From a bacterium (GTDB lineage Bacteria; Zhuqueibacterota; Zhuqueibacteria; Oceanimicrobiales; Oceanimicrobiaceae), in assembly GCA_046758365.1 (NCBI GenBank), contig JBHIAC010000013.1:1-39451 (forward strand): a stretch of 39,451 nt of DNA. Reading direction: 5' to 3'. Below are positions 26,967-35,849 of this stretch, one piece after another. Position numbers and translations under genes: made by a program. Below the pieces are notes generated by a model. That model was not told the DNA's origin, ran no database searches, and saw only the letters and a list, made by a program, of their open reading frames with translations. Within the stretch, counting starts at the first letter, position 1; every line of letters begins with the position of its first letter.

Positions 26967-28103
26967 TTAATTATTTTTTATTTGTCCATAAACTGCTACT
27001 TGATTGCGCCCATTTTTTTTGGCTTGGTATAATGCAATATCTGCTTTAGCAATCAGCTCTTTCTTCATATGAGCATCGGAAGGATATGTGGCTGTTCCTA
27101 AGCTAATTGTAATATGTCTGTTGGGTTGAATTTCACGTTTTTCAAAGGGGTACGAAAAGACAACATTTCTTAATCGTTCTGAAAAGCTTAAAGCTCCTTT
27201 TTGTGAAATCTCAGGTAAAATAACGCAAAATTCTTCACCACCATACCGGGCTAAAATATCAGAGCATCTGACAGTTTTGATCAAAATGTTAGCCAACTGC
27301 TTCAATAGCATATCACCGGTTGGGTGTCCTAAGCGATCATTATAATTTTTAAAATAATCTATATCTAACATAACTAATGAGAGAGGGTGGTTAAACCGAC
27401 GTGCTCTTGAAATTTCATTTTGTAGATAATTTTCAAAATATCTTCTATTAAAAAGGCCTGTCAATGGATCGGTTAAAGAAACATGCTCCATATTTTTGTA
27501 CAATCGAGAATTTGTTAATGCTACCGCAAGAAATTTTGTCAGTAAGGTATAAATCTCTATTTCCGACTGTGTATATGGTTTTTTGTTATGTTTTTCTCCA
27601 ATAATTACAAGTCCCAGAATATTTTGTCGATGAATTAAAGGTGCGATTAGAATCCCACCATTATTTTCAACAATATTCAAATACTCAGAGTTGATTGTTA
27701 TTTTATTATGGTTTCTAATATCAATAACCTTTTGATTCTTTCTAAATATTTCAAAAATTGGATCAGATTTTTTTATCTTAAAAACTTGGGCTTGACTATT
27801 AGATATACCTTGATAATATCGAGTAGAATAACATTTGGAATAGGGATTTGGATTTGTTAATAATACTACACTTTCTGTACTCAGCAAGCCAAAAAGATTT
27901 AACATAAAGCAATGTATTAATTGCTTCTCATCTAATTTTGAGTTTAGTTCTAATGAAATTTCTAAGAGATTATGTAGCTCATAGACCTGCTTACGAAGAT
28001 GTCTATTAAAAGCTGTGAACTCTTCTGGAATTTTTACATTTCGCGGCCAATATAACATATATTTAAGTTTAGGAGTAATTTTTTCCAATGTAGAATTTTT
28101 CAC
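26967..28103 (-). CDS. GAF-sensor diguanylate cyclase
   Basis: GAF (APLI....ILGLVIIG), TDPLTGLFNRRYF, DIDYFKNYND..GH..GD, RxxD I-site (RCSD) and GGEEF. GTG start with GGAG RBS. Confidence 0.95.
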   Translation of the reverse strand: MKNSTLEKITPKLKYMLYWPRNVKIPEEFTAFNRHLRKQVYELHNLLEISLELNSKLDEKQLIHCFMLNLFGLLSTESVVLLTNPNPYSKCYSTRYYQGISNSQAQVFKIKKSDPIFEIFRKNQKVIDIRNHNKITINSEYLNIVENNGGILIAPLIHRQNILGLVIIGEKHNKKPYTQSEIEIYTLLTKFLAVALTNSRLYKNMEHVSLTDPLTGLFNRRYFENYLQNEISRARRFNHPLSLVMLDIDYFKNYNDRLGHPTGDMLLKQLANILIKTVRCSDILARYGGEEFCVILPEISQKGALSFSERLRNVVFSYPFEKREIQPNRHITISLGTATYPSDAHMKKELIAKADIALYQAKKNGRNQVAVYGQIKNN

Positions 28104-28678
28104 AGACTTTTTCTCCAGTCCTTGGCTTTAAATTAAAAGCAGCATTTTTGCTGTCAGTAATGTTGAAATAAGCCTGATTGGAATTTTTACAGGGAATTAT
28201 TGGTTACCTGATAATACAATTTCTCTTCATAATTTACCTGAATAGGAAGATTTTTGCGTACTACTTTATTTAATTTATCGGGAAATTCAATAAAAAATTA
28301 ACTTGACTAACTGTTATATTTTATTAAATTGAAAACGATTATTAATTTGACGATATTATAAACTGGTAGCTGAAAAAAGGACTTTTGTGAAAAAATCGAA
28401 TTGAAAAACAATAACTTACCTGCCACGTTGGATGTAGGACGTTGGTTTATACAACCTACCTCCTGTATATCCTATGTGGCTTGCTCTGAATTTTAAAAAA
28501 TTGAGGTTTTTGGCCACGCCTCTTGCTTAATATTTGTATGCTTCGGGGCATAAAGCTTTTATACAATTTTATACTATTTAAATAATTACATTTTTAAAAT
28601 GTAGGAACTAATAAAACTATCAATTGGTATTTATTCTTGAGCATACCCAATAATGCCAAAGCATATTTAGCTTGAGGT

Positions 28679-28699
28679 TGTTATAATTCTTATTATAAT
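28679..28699 (+). promoter_or_regulatory. Putative extended -10 promoter of the Omp85 operon
   Basis: TG-T-TATAAT at 28679-28687 and a second TATAAT at 28694-28699. Confidence 0.45.
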
Positions 28700-28711
28700 T
28701 TCAAAGTTTAG

Positions 28712-31672
28712 GTGAATAGAATCATGAAGCTGAGAACTTGGGAATTCTTAATTTTTCCAATTATTTTATCTACTTTGTTAACATCAGAAGTTTGCGCTCA
28801 GTATTATTTTGGCAGAAATAAAATACAATATGATGATTTTGAGTGGCAAATTTTAAAAACTACTCATTTTGATGTATTTTTTTATCCTGAAATGAAAGAA
28901 TTAGCAGAAATTGGTGCCGCCTTTGCAGAGGAAGCTTACAGCCGATTAGAAAGTAAATTTAATCACAATATTAGACGAAGAATTCCCTTGATTTTTTATT
29001 CTAATCATTCTCACTTTCAGCAAACAAACACCATTCCAAATCTCATCCCAGAAGGCGTAGGTGGTTTTTTTGAATTTATTAAGGGAAGAGTTGTGATTCC
29101 CGCTAATGGTTCAATTCATCAATTTAAGCATGTGATTAATCATGAGCTGGTTCACGTTTTCACCCATAGTAAAGTTTCACGTGTTCTTAAAGATCACAGG
29201 AAGGCTACTTTTGCTGGTTTACCCTTATGGTTTACAGAAGGCATTGCTGAATATTGGTCAGAAGGCTGGGATTCGCAAGCCGAGATGGTAATCCGTGATG
29301 CAGTATTAAGCGGCCACTTAGTGCCTTTGAGCCATATGGATTCTATTTACGGAACTTTTTTAATGTATAAAGAAGGTCAGGCGATTTGTAAATATATATC
29401 AGAGACATTTGGTGAAGAAAAGCTATTGCAGTTGATGGAAAGTCTCTGGAAAGAAGGTAGATTTTCTGATGTCATGAAACTTACCATAGGCTTAAATTAT
29501 CAAGAGTTTGATGAAAAGTGGATTTATGATTTAAAAAAGGTCAAGTATCCTTTACTGGAAGTAGGGGATTCGCCTAAGATGGTTTCTAAAACCATAACCA
29601 AAGATGGAATCAATACCAAACCGGCATTTTATACGAAAGCTGGTAAGAAATGGGTAGTTTTTGTTTCAAATCGAGTAGGCTATTCTAACATATACAGAAA
29701 ATCGTTGGATGAATTTGGAGCTTCCCCAAAACCAGAAGTTTTGGTGAAAGGAGAGCGTACATCTGATTTTGAATCTTTTCATTTACTTCGTAGCAAAATT
29801 GATGTGAATGACCAAGGGAAATTAACATTTATTTCCAAAAGCGGAGCTAGGGATGCACTATATATTTTTGATATTGATGAGAAGAAAATTCTAAATAAAT
29901 TCGTCTTTAAAGATTTAGTATCGCTTTTTTCGCCAAATTGGTCACCAGATGGACGCAAAATAGTTTTTTCAGGGATAAGTTATGCTGGCTTGAGTGATCT
30001 TTACTTTGTAGAGGTTGAATCAGGTGAGCTCCTAAGATTAACCAATGATTTTTATGATGATCGAGACCCAGCATGGTCCCCTGACGGAAATTATATAGCC
30101 TATAGCTCTGATCGGTCTTTTCATGGTAAAGATGGATTTTTTAACCTCTTTATTTATAATCTGCAAAATGGTACCATTCAATATATAACCGATGGTAAAC
30201 ACAACGATTATTCTCCGGCTTGGTCCCCTGATAGTGAGTATTTGGCTTTTGCTTCTGATAGAGATGGCTCTTTTAATATTTGGATGATAAAAAATAGATC
30301 TAATGATACCCAAAATCTAACATTGGCCGAAGCATTAAATGACAATAATGGCCAAAATGGTGATACTAATTATAACGAATTCAACAGTGAGTTTTCATTG
30401 CCCTACCCGTCAGCCATTGAAAAAAAAGATCAATTGAAAAAAGTAACCAACTTCACCACAGGTGCCTTTGATCCAGCGTGGCAAGAAATTGATAACCTGT
30501 TGTTTACCGCGTTTGAGAACTTTTCGTTTCAAATTCGAGAGATTACACATCTTGAAGACAAATTTAAAGAGTCGCTATTGGTTAAAAATGATACTTTAGT
30601 TATAGGAAAGGATTTTTGGACGGCTAATAAGTTAGCAGGGGATGTGGAAGCAACAACCATAAAATATAAAAAGAAATTAAATTTGGACATCGCCCAAAGT
30701 GCCATTTCACAAGATCCGATTTTTGGGGTGTCTGGTGGGGCGCAATTGGCTATGAGCGATATGCTGGGGAATCAACAATACTATTTTCTCATTTTTAATA
30801 ATGCCCAAACCAGAGGCGATTTTCTAAAAAGTTGGAATGTCGCGGTTACTCGGGTTGAGTTATCAAAACGGGCAAACTATGCTATTGGAGGGTATCATAT
30901 CACAGGTAGATTCTATGATCAGATCGATAGTTTTTTCGATCAAAGAAGATTTGGCGGATTCGTGGCTGCCAGCTATCCGTTGTCCGTGTTTAATAGGATT
31001 GAAGGAAGCATTAATATTAGAAAAGAAGAAAGAAATTATGACACCAGATCTCAAAAGGTAAATGGTATTGTAATTTCAAATGCTATTTCCTATATAAAAG
31101 ATAATTCCCTGTGGGGATTAACGGGACCAGTTGATGGGGAGCGTTTCAATTTTACCGTGGGGCACACCATTGATGTTTGGCACAATGACGTAAATTTTTT
31201 CACGATAATCGCCGACTATCGAAGGTATTTTCGCCTGAATCCAAAAATTACTTATGCGGTTCGTTTGATGACTCGATTTAATCAGGGAAAGGAGGCCTTC
31301 CGATATTATATGGGAGGAAGCTGGGATTTGAGACTCTATCCAAGATGGAGAATCTGGGGTCGAAAATTGTTTTTAATTAACAATGAAATTCGTTTTCCAT
31401 TTATCGATCGCTTTATTTTGAGGTTCCCCTTTGGTGGATTAGGATTCAGTGCTATTCGTGGAGCTACTTTTTTGGATTTAGGTCAGGCCTGGGATCATGA
31501 CCTCAACCAAATTTTGGGCAGCCTTGGATTTGGTATAAGATTAAGAGTGGGAGGTTTTCTAGTACTACGATATGAAATGGGTAGAAGATTTCAAATTAAC
31601 GATCTCAGCAGTCCTTCTATTCATTTTGATAAAGGTCTTAAAAAAGCTTTTTGGTTTGGATTTGACTTTTAA
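28712..31672 (+). CDS. Omp85/BamA-superfamily protein with N-terminal zinc metallopeptidase (HExxH) and TolB-like PD40 beta-propeller
   Basis: Signal peptide, FGRNKIQY, HELVH...WFTEGIAE (gluzincin-type), repeated P.WSPDG..I.F.S units, barrel with NNEIRFP, FLDLG.AW, G.GIR and terminal FGFDF. Likely start ATG 28724. Confidence 0.9.
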   Translation: MNRIMKLRTWEFLIFPIILSTLLTSEVCAQYYFGRNKIQYDDFEWQILKTTHFDVFFYPEMKELAEIGAAFAEEAYSRLESKFNHNIRRRIPLIFYSNHSHFQQTNTIPNLIPEGVGGFFEFIKGRVVIPANGSIHQFKHVINHELVHVFTHSKVSRVLKDHRKATFAGLPLWFTEGIAEYWSEGWDSQAEMVIRDAVLSGHLVPLSHMDSIYGTFLMYKEGQAICKYISETFGEEKLLQLMESLWKEGRFSDVMKLTIGLNYQEFDEKWIYDLKKVKYPLLEVGDSPKMVSKTITKDGINTKPAFYTKAGKKWVVFVSNRVGYSNIYRKSLDEFGASPKPEVLVKGERTSDFESFHLLRSKIDVNDQGKLTFISKSGARDALYIFDIDEKKILNKFVFKDLVSLFSPNWSPDGRKIVFSGISYAGLSDLYFVEVESGELLRLTNDFYDDRDPAWSPDGNYIAYSSDRSFHGKDGFFNLFIYNLQNGTIQYITDGKHNDYSPAWSPDSEYLAFASDRDGSFNIWMIKNRSNDTQNLTLAEALNDNNGQNGDTNYNEFNSEFSLPYPSAIEKKDQLKKVTNFTTGAFDPAWQEIDNLLFTAFENFSFQIREITHLEDKFKESLLVKNDTLVIGKDFWTANKLAGDVEATTIKYKKKLNLDIAQSAISQDPIFGVSGGAQLAMSDMLGNQQYYFLIFNNAQTRGDFLKSWNVAVTRVELSKRANYAIGGYHITGRFYDQIDSFFDQRRFGGFVAASYPLSVFNRIEGSINIRKEERNYDTRSQKVNGIVISNAISYIKDNSLWGLTGPVDGERFNFTVGHTIDVWHNDVNFFTIIADYRRYFRLNPKITYAVRLMTRFNQGKEAFRYYMGGSWDLRLYPRWRIWGRKLFLINNEIRFPFIDRFILRFPFGGLGFSAIRGATFLDLGQAWDHDLNQILGSLGFGIRLRVGGFLVLRYEMGRRFQINDLSSPSIHFDKGLKKAFWFGFDF

Positions 31673-32853
31673 TGAAGAGTAAACTTAATAAGAGGTTTTC
31701 GGAGGTCATTGTTACCTTTTGGGTTTGTATACTCATTTCTTACCACGGCTGGCATTGCCGTTCGATTGTTGTAATATCTGAAACCAAAAGTAACCCCACT
31801 GTTCAGAATTGGAACCTATTTGGTGGGACTCCACAAAGAGTTAATTACCGAGAAAAAACTCTTTTGCCACCCCTCAAATTTTATTGGGAATACAAAGCAT
31901 CTTCGGCTATAAGCCCAACCTTAGTGGCCGTAGATGGAATCCTCTATTTTGCAACACTCGATGGCCGCATTTATGCTTTGAATATTGAAAGTGCCAAAAG
32001 AATTGGTAGAAATAAAAGTGAAGAAAATAACGAAGCTACCTGCGCCTATTATCGGGGAAATTTGATAATTGCGTCAAGATATGGTGATCTGACCTTAAGT
32101 AACTACAATCTAGATAAGGGGAAGTACCTTTGGAAAATAGATGCGGGAGACATTGCTAGTGAACCATTAGTGGCTGATGGCGGAATTTTCATTTCGGCTC
32201 TTTACAATCATATAGATAAATATCATTTTGGTACGGGAGAGAAGTTGTGGACTTTTAAGACCGAGGATCAGCACCGATCTTCTCCAGCCCTAAGTAAAAA
32301 TATTCTTGTGGTTGGATGCGATAACGGTATGATTTATGGGTTAAATGCAAATTCAGGTAAAATGAAATGGAAATATAAGACCGGGGCGAGTGTTTTTGCT
32401 ACCCCCACTATTTGGGATGAAACCGTATTTGTGGGCTCTTCAGATAGTACTTTTTATGCCTTAAACCTTTCTGATGGTTCCGTTCTTTGGACTTTTCGTG
32501 CAAACGATGCCATTATTCAATCATCAGCTACCGATGGTAATAAAGTTGTTTTTGGTTCAAACGATGGACAGATTTATTGTTTAAATGTTCTCTCAGGTCA
32601 AGAACAGTGGCGTTTTCAAGCTAAAAGTGTTGTGAGCACTCCACCTTTGATATCAGGTAAAGTTTTATATTTTGGTTCTTTAGATAGTCGCTATTATTGC
32701 TTGAGCTTAGAAAATGGAAATGAACTCTGGCAATATGAAACTAAAGGGAGAATTCGGACAGCCCCTATTGTGTGGGGGAATTATTTACTTGGAGCCTCGG
32801 AAGATAAATACATTTATGCTTTTATCAAGACAGACAGTATAGAGACTGATTAA
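31672..32853 (+). CDS. PQQ-like beta-propeller protein (BamB-like)
   Basis: Repeated VFVGSSD..FYALN..DG..LW.F units. The start overlaps the upstream stop (TAATG). Confidence 0.9.
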   Translation: MKSKLNKRFSEVIVTFWVCILISYHGWHCRSIVVISETKSNPTVQNWNLFGGTPQRVNYREKTLLPPLKFYWEYKASSAISPTLVAVDGILYFATLDGRIYALNIESAKRIGRNKSEENNEATCAYYRGNLIIASRYGDLTLSNYNLDKGKYLWKIDAGDIASEPLVADGGIFISALYNHIDKYHFGTGEKLWTFKTEDQHRSSPALSKNILVVGCDNGMIYGLNANSGKMKWKYKTGASVFATPTIWDETVFVGSSDSTFYALNLSDGSVLWTFRANDAIIQSSATDGNKVVFGSNDGQIYCLNVLSGQEQWRFQAKSVVSTPPLISGKVLYFGSLDSRYYCLSLENGNELWQYETKGRIRTAPIVWGNYLLGASEDKYIYAFIKTDSIETD

Positions 32854-32861
32854 ATTATCTA

Positions 32862-33704
32862 ATGAAAAAGACTCTTATTCAGTTTGTTGCCACCATCCTC
32901 ATTCTCAGCTTTTCCACTTCAATTATCTCACCCCTAAACAGTTTAGCTTCACCTTTACAAAATTTGCAAGAATCAGAAGACCGGGGCTATTTGATTTTGG
33001 AAACAAGGCACAGAAATTTAGCGGTTCAAATCGATAATAAGTTTGTGGGATTTACCCCTCTGGATGTTATTGAGCTTTCTCCTGGGCTCCATAAAGTTTA
33101 TGTCACAAATCCTAATCGCATTAATTGGTTGGATCAAGATTGGTATGCTGACGTGAGAATATCAACAAGGGATACTCTTAGGATTCAAGTCATTTTTAAG
33201 AAAAGTTATTCAATAAACTCACAACCTTATGGGGCTACTGTTTTTTTCGAGAACCGAAAGTTTGGTGAAACGCCCATTTTTTTTAATTTAAACGAATATG
33301 AAGTAGGAATTATTACCTTAACAAAATTCGGGTATAAGGACACCTCATTTACCATTGGCCAATCAGAACTAAGATTTTTTAATATCACATTGAAACCACA
33401 AAAGAAGGCTTTAGATTTATCCCAGCTTTCTTCTAAATTTGGATTAAGTAAAAAACCACAATCAAAATTATATTTATACTCTACTATGGGACTTTCCTTA
33501 ATTTCAGGGGCTTTAGCTCTTTATTTTAGAAATAAAGGGAACTCAAGTTATAATCACTATCTTGAAACGGGAGATGTCGAATTAATGAATAAATATTTAA
33601 ATGATGCGAAAAGATTTGACAAATTTGCAGCCGTTTCTTTTGGTGTTTTTCAGGTTAGTTTTGTCGTGTCCTTTTATCTATTTTTGAAGCAAGCGAACCG
33701 ATAA
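32862..33704 (+). CDS. PEGA-domain exported protein with C-terminal hydrophobic hairpin
   Basis: Signal peptide, two PEGA units (VQIDNKFVGFTPL; INSQPYGATVFF...GETP) and two C-terminal hydrophobic helices. Confidence 0.85.
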   Translation: MKKTLIQFVATILILSFSTSIISPLNSLASPLQNLQESEDRGYLILETRHRNLAVQIDNKFVGFTPLDVIELSPGLHKVYVTNPNRINWLDQDWYADVRISTRDTLRIQVIFKKSYSINSQPYGATVFFENRKFGETPIFFNLNEYEVGIITLTKFGYKDTSFTIGQSELRFFNITLKPQKKALDLSQLSSKFGLSKKPQSKLYLYSTMGLSLISGALALYFRNKGNSSYNHYLETGDVELMNKYLNDAKRFDKFAAVSFGVFQVSFVVSFYLFLKQANR

Positions 33705-33893
33705 ATATTTTGGGAATAATTCTTTTGTACCAAAAACAAAGATTTGTTTGATAATACTCTAGAGAGCCAGGAGTTGGAATACTTAGGCTTGATAGATTCA
33801 CTGTCAAGTCCTAGCCGGCCAAGCGTACCCGGTGTGCCTGCCATCCTTGGAATAATTGAACCTTTGGGAGTCGCTAACAGAATTTAGAAGTCA

Positions 33894-33931
33894 TAAGCCC
33901 CAGATGGGGCATTCAACTGGGGCTTAGTTTT
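33894..33931 (+). terminator. Intrinsic terminator between convergent units
   Basis: TAAGCCCCAG (33894-33903) / CTGGGGCTTA (33917-33926) then GTTTT. Confidence 0.75.
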
Positions 33932-33944
33932 CACTAAAATTAAA

Positions 33945-34370
33945 TTAGGCTGCCGCTGGTTGAGCCGAAGGTTTATAAATAGCCGCAGCAACGATTCCAA
34001 GAATAACAAACTCAATCAATCCAAAAACAAACCATTTGATGGCTAAACTAAGAGGAATAGGTAAGGTCGCATAACTGCTAAAAGCCATGGGGATACTCAT
34101 CAGCAGCCCAATCCACAAACCGTAGCGAACGCCTTCCATGAGGCCTTTGCCTTCATACCCTTTTGTATAAATGAAGACAAATAAAAAGGACACAGCGAGT
34201 TGTGTCACCCACAGAATGGGCATATAAGCGCTCATCTCAGACTGGGGTCGCCAAACATCAGCCGTTGCTTCATAGGCACTCTTGAGTAACACCCAGTGGA
34301 CAATGATACTTAAAACAAAATACACCACAAATACCCCCAAACTGGCAAATAAATACCTTCTGGCGTTCAT
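33945..34370 (-). CDS. Small 4-TM membrane protein (DUF1761-like)
   Basis: Four hydrophobic helices, a G..EG.RYGL.IGL motif and a strong AGGAGGGAGG RBS. Confidence 0.8.
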   Translation of the reverse strand: MNARRYLFASLGVFVVYFVLSIIVHWVLLKSAYEATADVWRPQSEMSAYMPILWVTQLAVSFLFVFIYTKGYEGKGLMEGVRYGLWIGLLMSIPMAFSSYATLPIPLSLAIKWFVFGLIEFVILGIVAAAIYKPSAQPAAA

Positions 34371-34598
34371 GGTTCCTCCCTCCTAATTTGGTTAGTGATT
34401 ATTTTTTTTTAGCCAGAAACCAAAAAGTGTTGTGTGTTAGGATTTTAATTTGTTAATAAAATAATAAATAAGCAAGGAGTTGTCAAGGAATTTCTAAGAA
34501 GTTACAGAAAAGGCCTTCGTGGTACCATTATTTGTTATCTTGTTCGAATATTTGTAGTCAATAAGGGAATAAGAAAATCAGAGAGGAGAATAATTAAG

Positions 34599-35408
34599 TT
34601 AGTACCAAATCCGCAATCCAATCCTATAGCCGTCCAGAATGCTGTCTTTCGATTTAAGCAGACGCAGGCCGCCTAAAATTTCAAATCGTCCCAAGAGAAT
34701 GCCAGCACTGGACTCAACCGTAAAAAGAGGACCGTTGCTGATATAAGCTGCGGCTATTTCGGTTTCTATTATCAAAGGCTTTTTAGGAAAAAGTTGGGCA
34801 TCTACGGCTACTTCGATTCCTCCGTGTACCTTATTCCTCTGAAAGCCCCTAAAACCGCCTTCAAGATTAACAATGAACTGGGGAGTACGATATAGGGCAT
34901 ATCCGTAGCGTATACCATAAATAGAAAGGTGATCTTTTCGCAAGCCAAGATCTTCTTCATAAAAAGACAGATCAAATGACAGCTTACTGCGATGGACAAA
35001 TTGCGATTCCCATTTGAATATAAAGCTTTTAACGGGATCTGGGCTCAAGTCATGATAACTAAATTCAGTGGTGAAAAAGTAGCTGCGGTGGTCCTTGGAG
35101 CTTGCCATAAATCCATCGCTTTTGTCATAGGGGAAAGAAGGATAAGGACCCGACTCTGTACCTGGGGCGCGACCCCAAAGACGAACAAAGTCTCCGAAGT
35201 TATCGAAAAAGGCAATAATAAAAAATTCAGCCGCGTCCTCTGCATCTGAATCACTTTCAGAATCTTCGTCGCCATAATCATCCCCAAAATCTTCAAGTTC
35301 CCCTTTGCCTTTCTCCTGCTCTTGTGCAAATAAATTATGGGACGGCATGTAGACAAGTAGCAATCCTCCTATCAGGAGCATCAAGAAAATAAACTGAAAT
35401 ACTTTCAT
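34599..35408 (-). CDS. Hypothetical exported protein, probable outer-membrane beta-barrel with acidic N-terminal tract
   Basis: GGAG RBS before ATG 35408. Signal peptide, D/E-rich tract, amphipathic strands and terminal aromatic beta-signal (GYRIGLRIWY). Confidence 0.7.
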   Translation of the reverse strand: MKVFQFIFLMLLIGGLLLVYMPSHNLFAQEQEKGKGELEDFGDDYGDEDSESDSDAEDAAEFFIIAFFDNFGDFVRLWGRAPGTESGPYPSFPYDKSDGFMASSKDHRSYFFTTEFSYHDLSPDPVKSFIFKWESQFVHRSKLSFDLSFYEEDLGLRKDHLSIYGIRYGYALYRTPQFIVNLEGGFRGFQRNKVHGGIEVAVDAQLFPKKPLIIETEIAAAYISNGPLFTVESSAGILLGRFEILGGLRLLKSKDSILDGYRIGLRIWY

Positions 35409-35849
35409 AATTCTCTCCAAATAATTGGATTGGTGCAAACGAAAACAATAGTTATTCTTTTAACTCTAATTTTTTACAAAAGGTTCAACCATAACAGAAA
35501 AACCTCCCAAAAGAGTTTTAAGGGAAGTTTAGCAGATGCATTAACCAGATTTGGAAAATACTTAATATCAGCCCCCTTTTTACATTTTAGTTAAAGCTTC
35601 GTTGTCATTGGGTAATTCAGGAAATCCCAACGGATAAATAGAACCCAACGGATTTATTTTATCAACTGCCACTTTCAAACCAATTACATTCCGTTTTCAA
35701 TATCGAATTCAGATATCATAATTGATAATTAAGGATTAAAATCCGTTGGGTTAATTAATCAGTTGAACGCTTTATTACAAAATTTTCTGAATACCGAAAG
35801 ATTATATTTTTTAGGCTAATTCCCAAATCTAGGATCATATCGTTTGAAA

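Noticed and set aside
28510..28527. Sigma-54-like TGGCCACGCCTCTTGC
   Set aside because: GG-to-GC spacing is 11 nt rather than the strictly required 10.
33760..33880. 6S RNA, cobalamin or guanidine-III riboswitch identity for the structured segment
   Set aside because: Only isolated short words match (TTGAACC, GAGCCAGGAG/CCTGCC, CGTACCCGG). The order and core conserved elements are missing, there is no long closing rod, and no gene follows on that strand.
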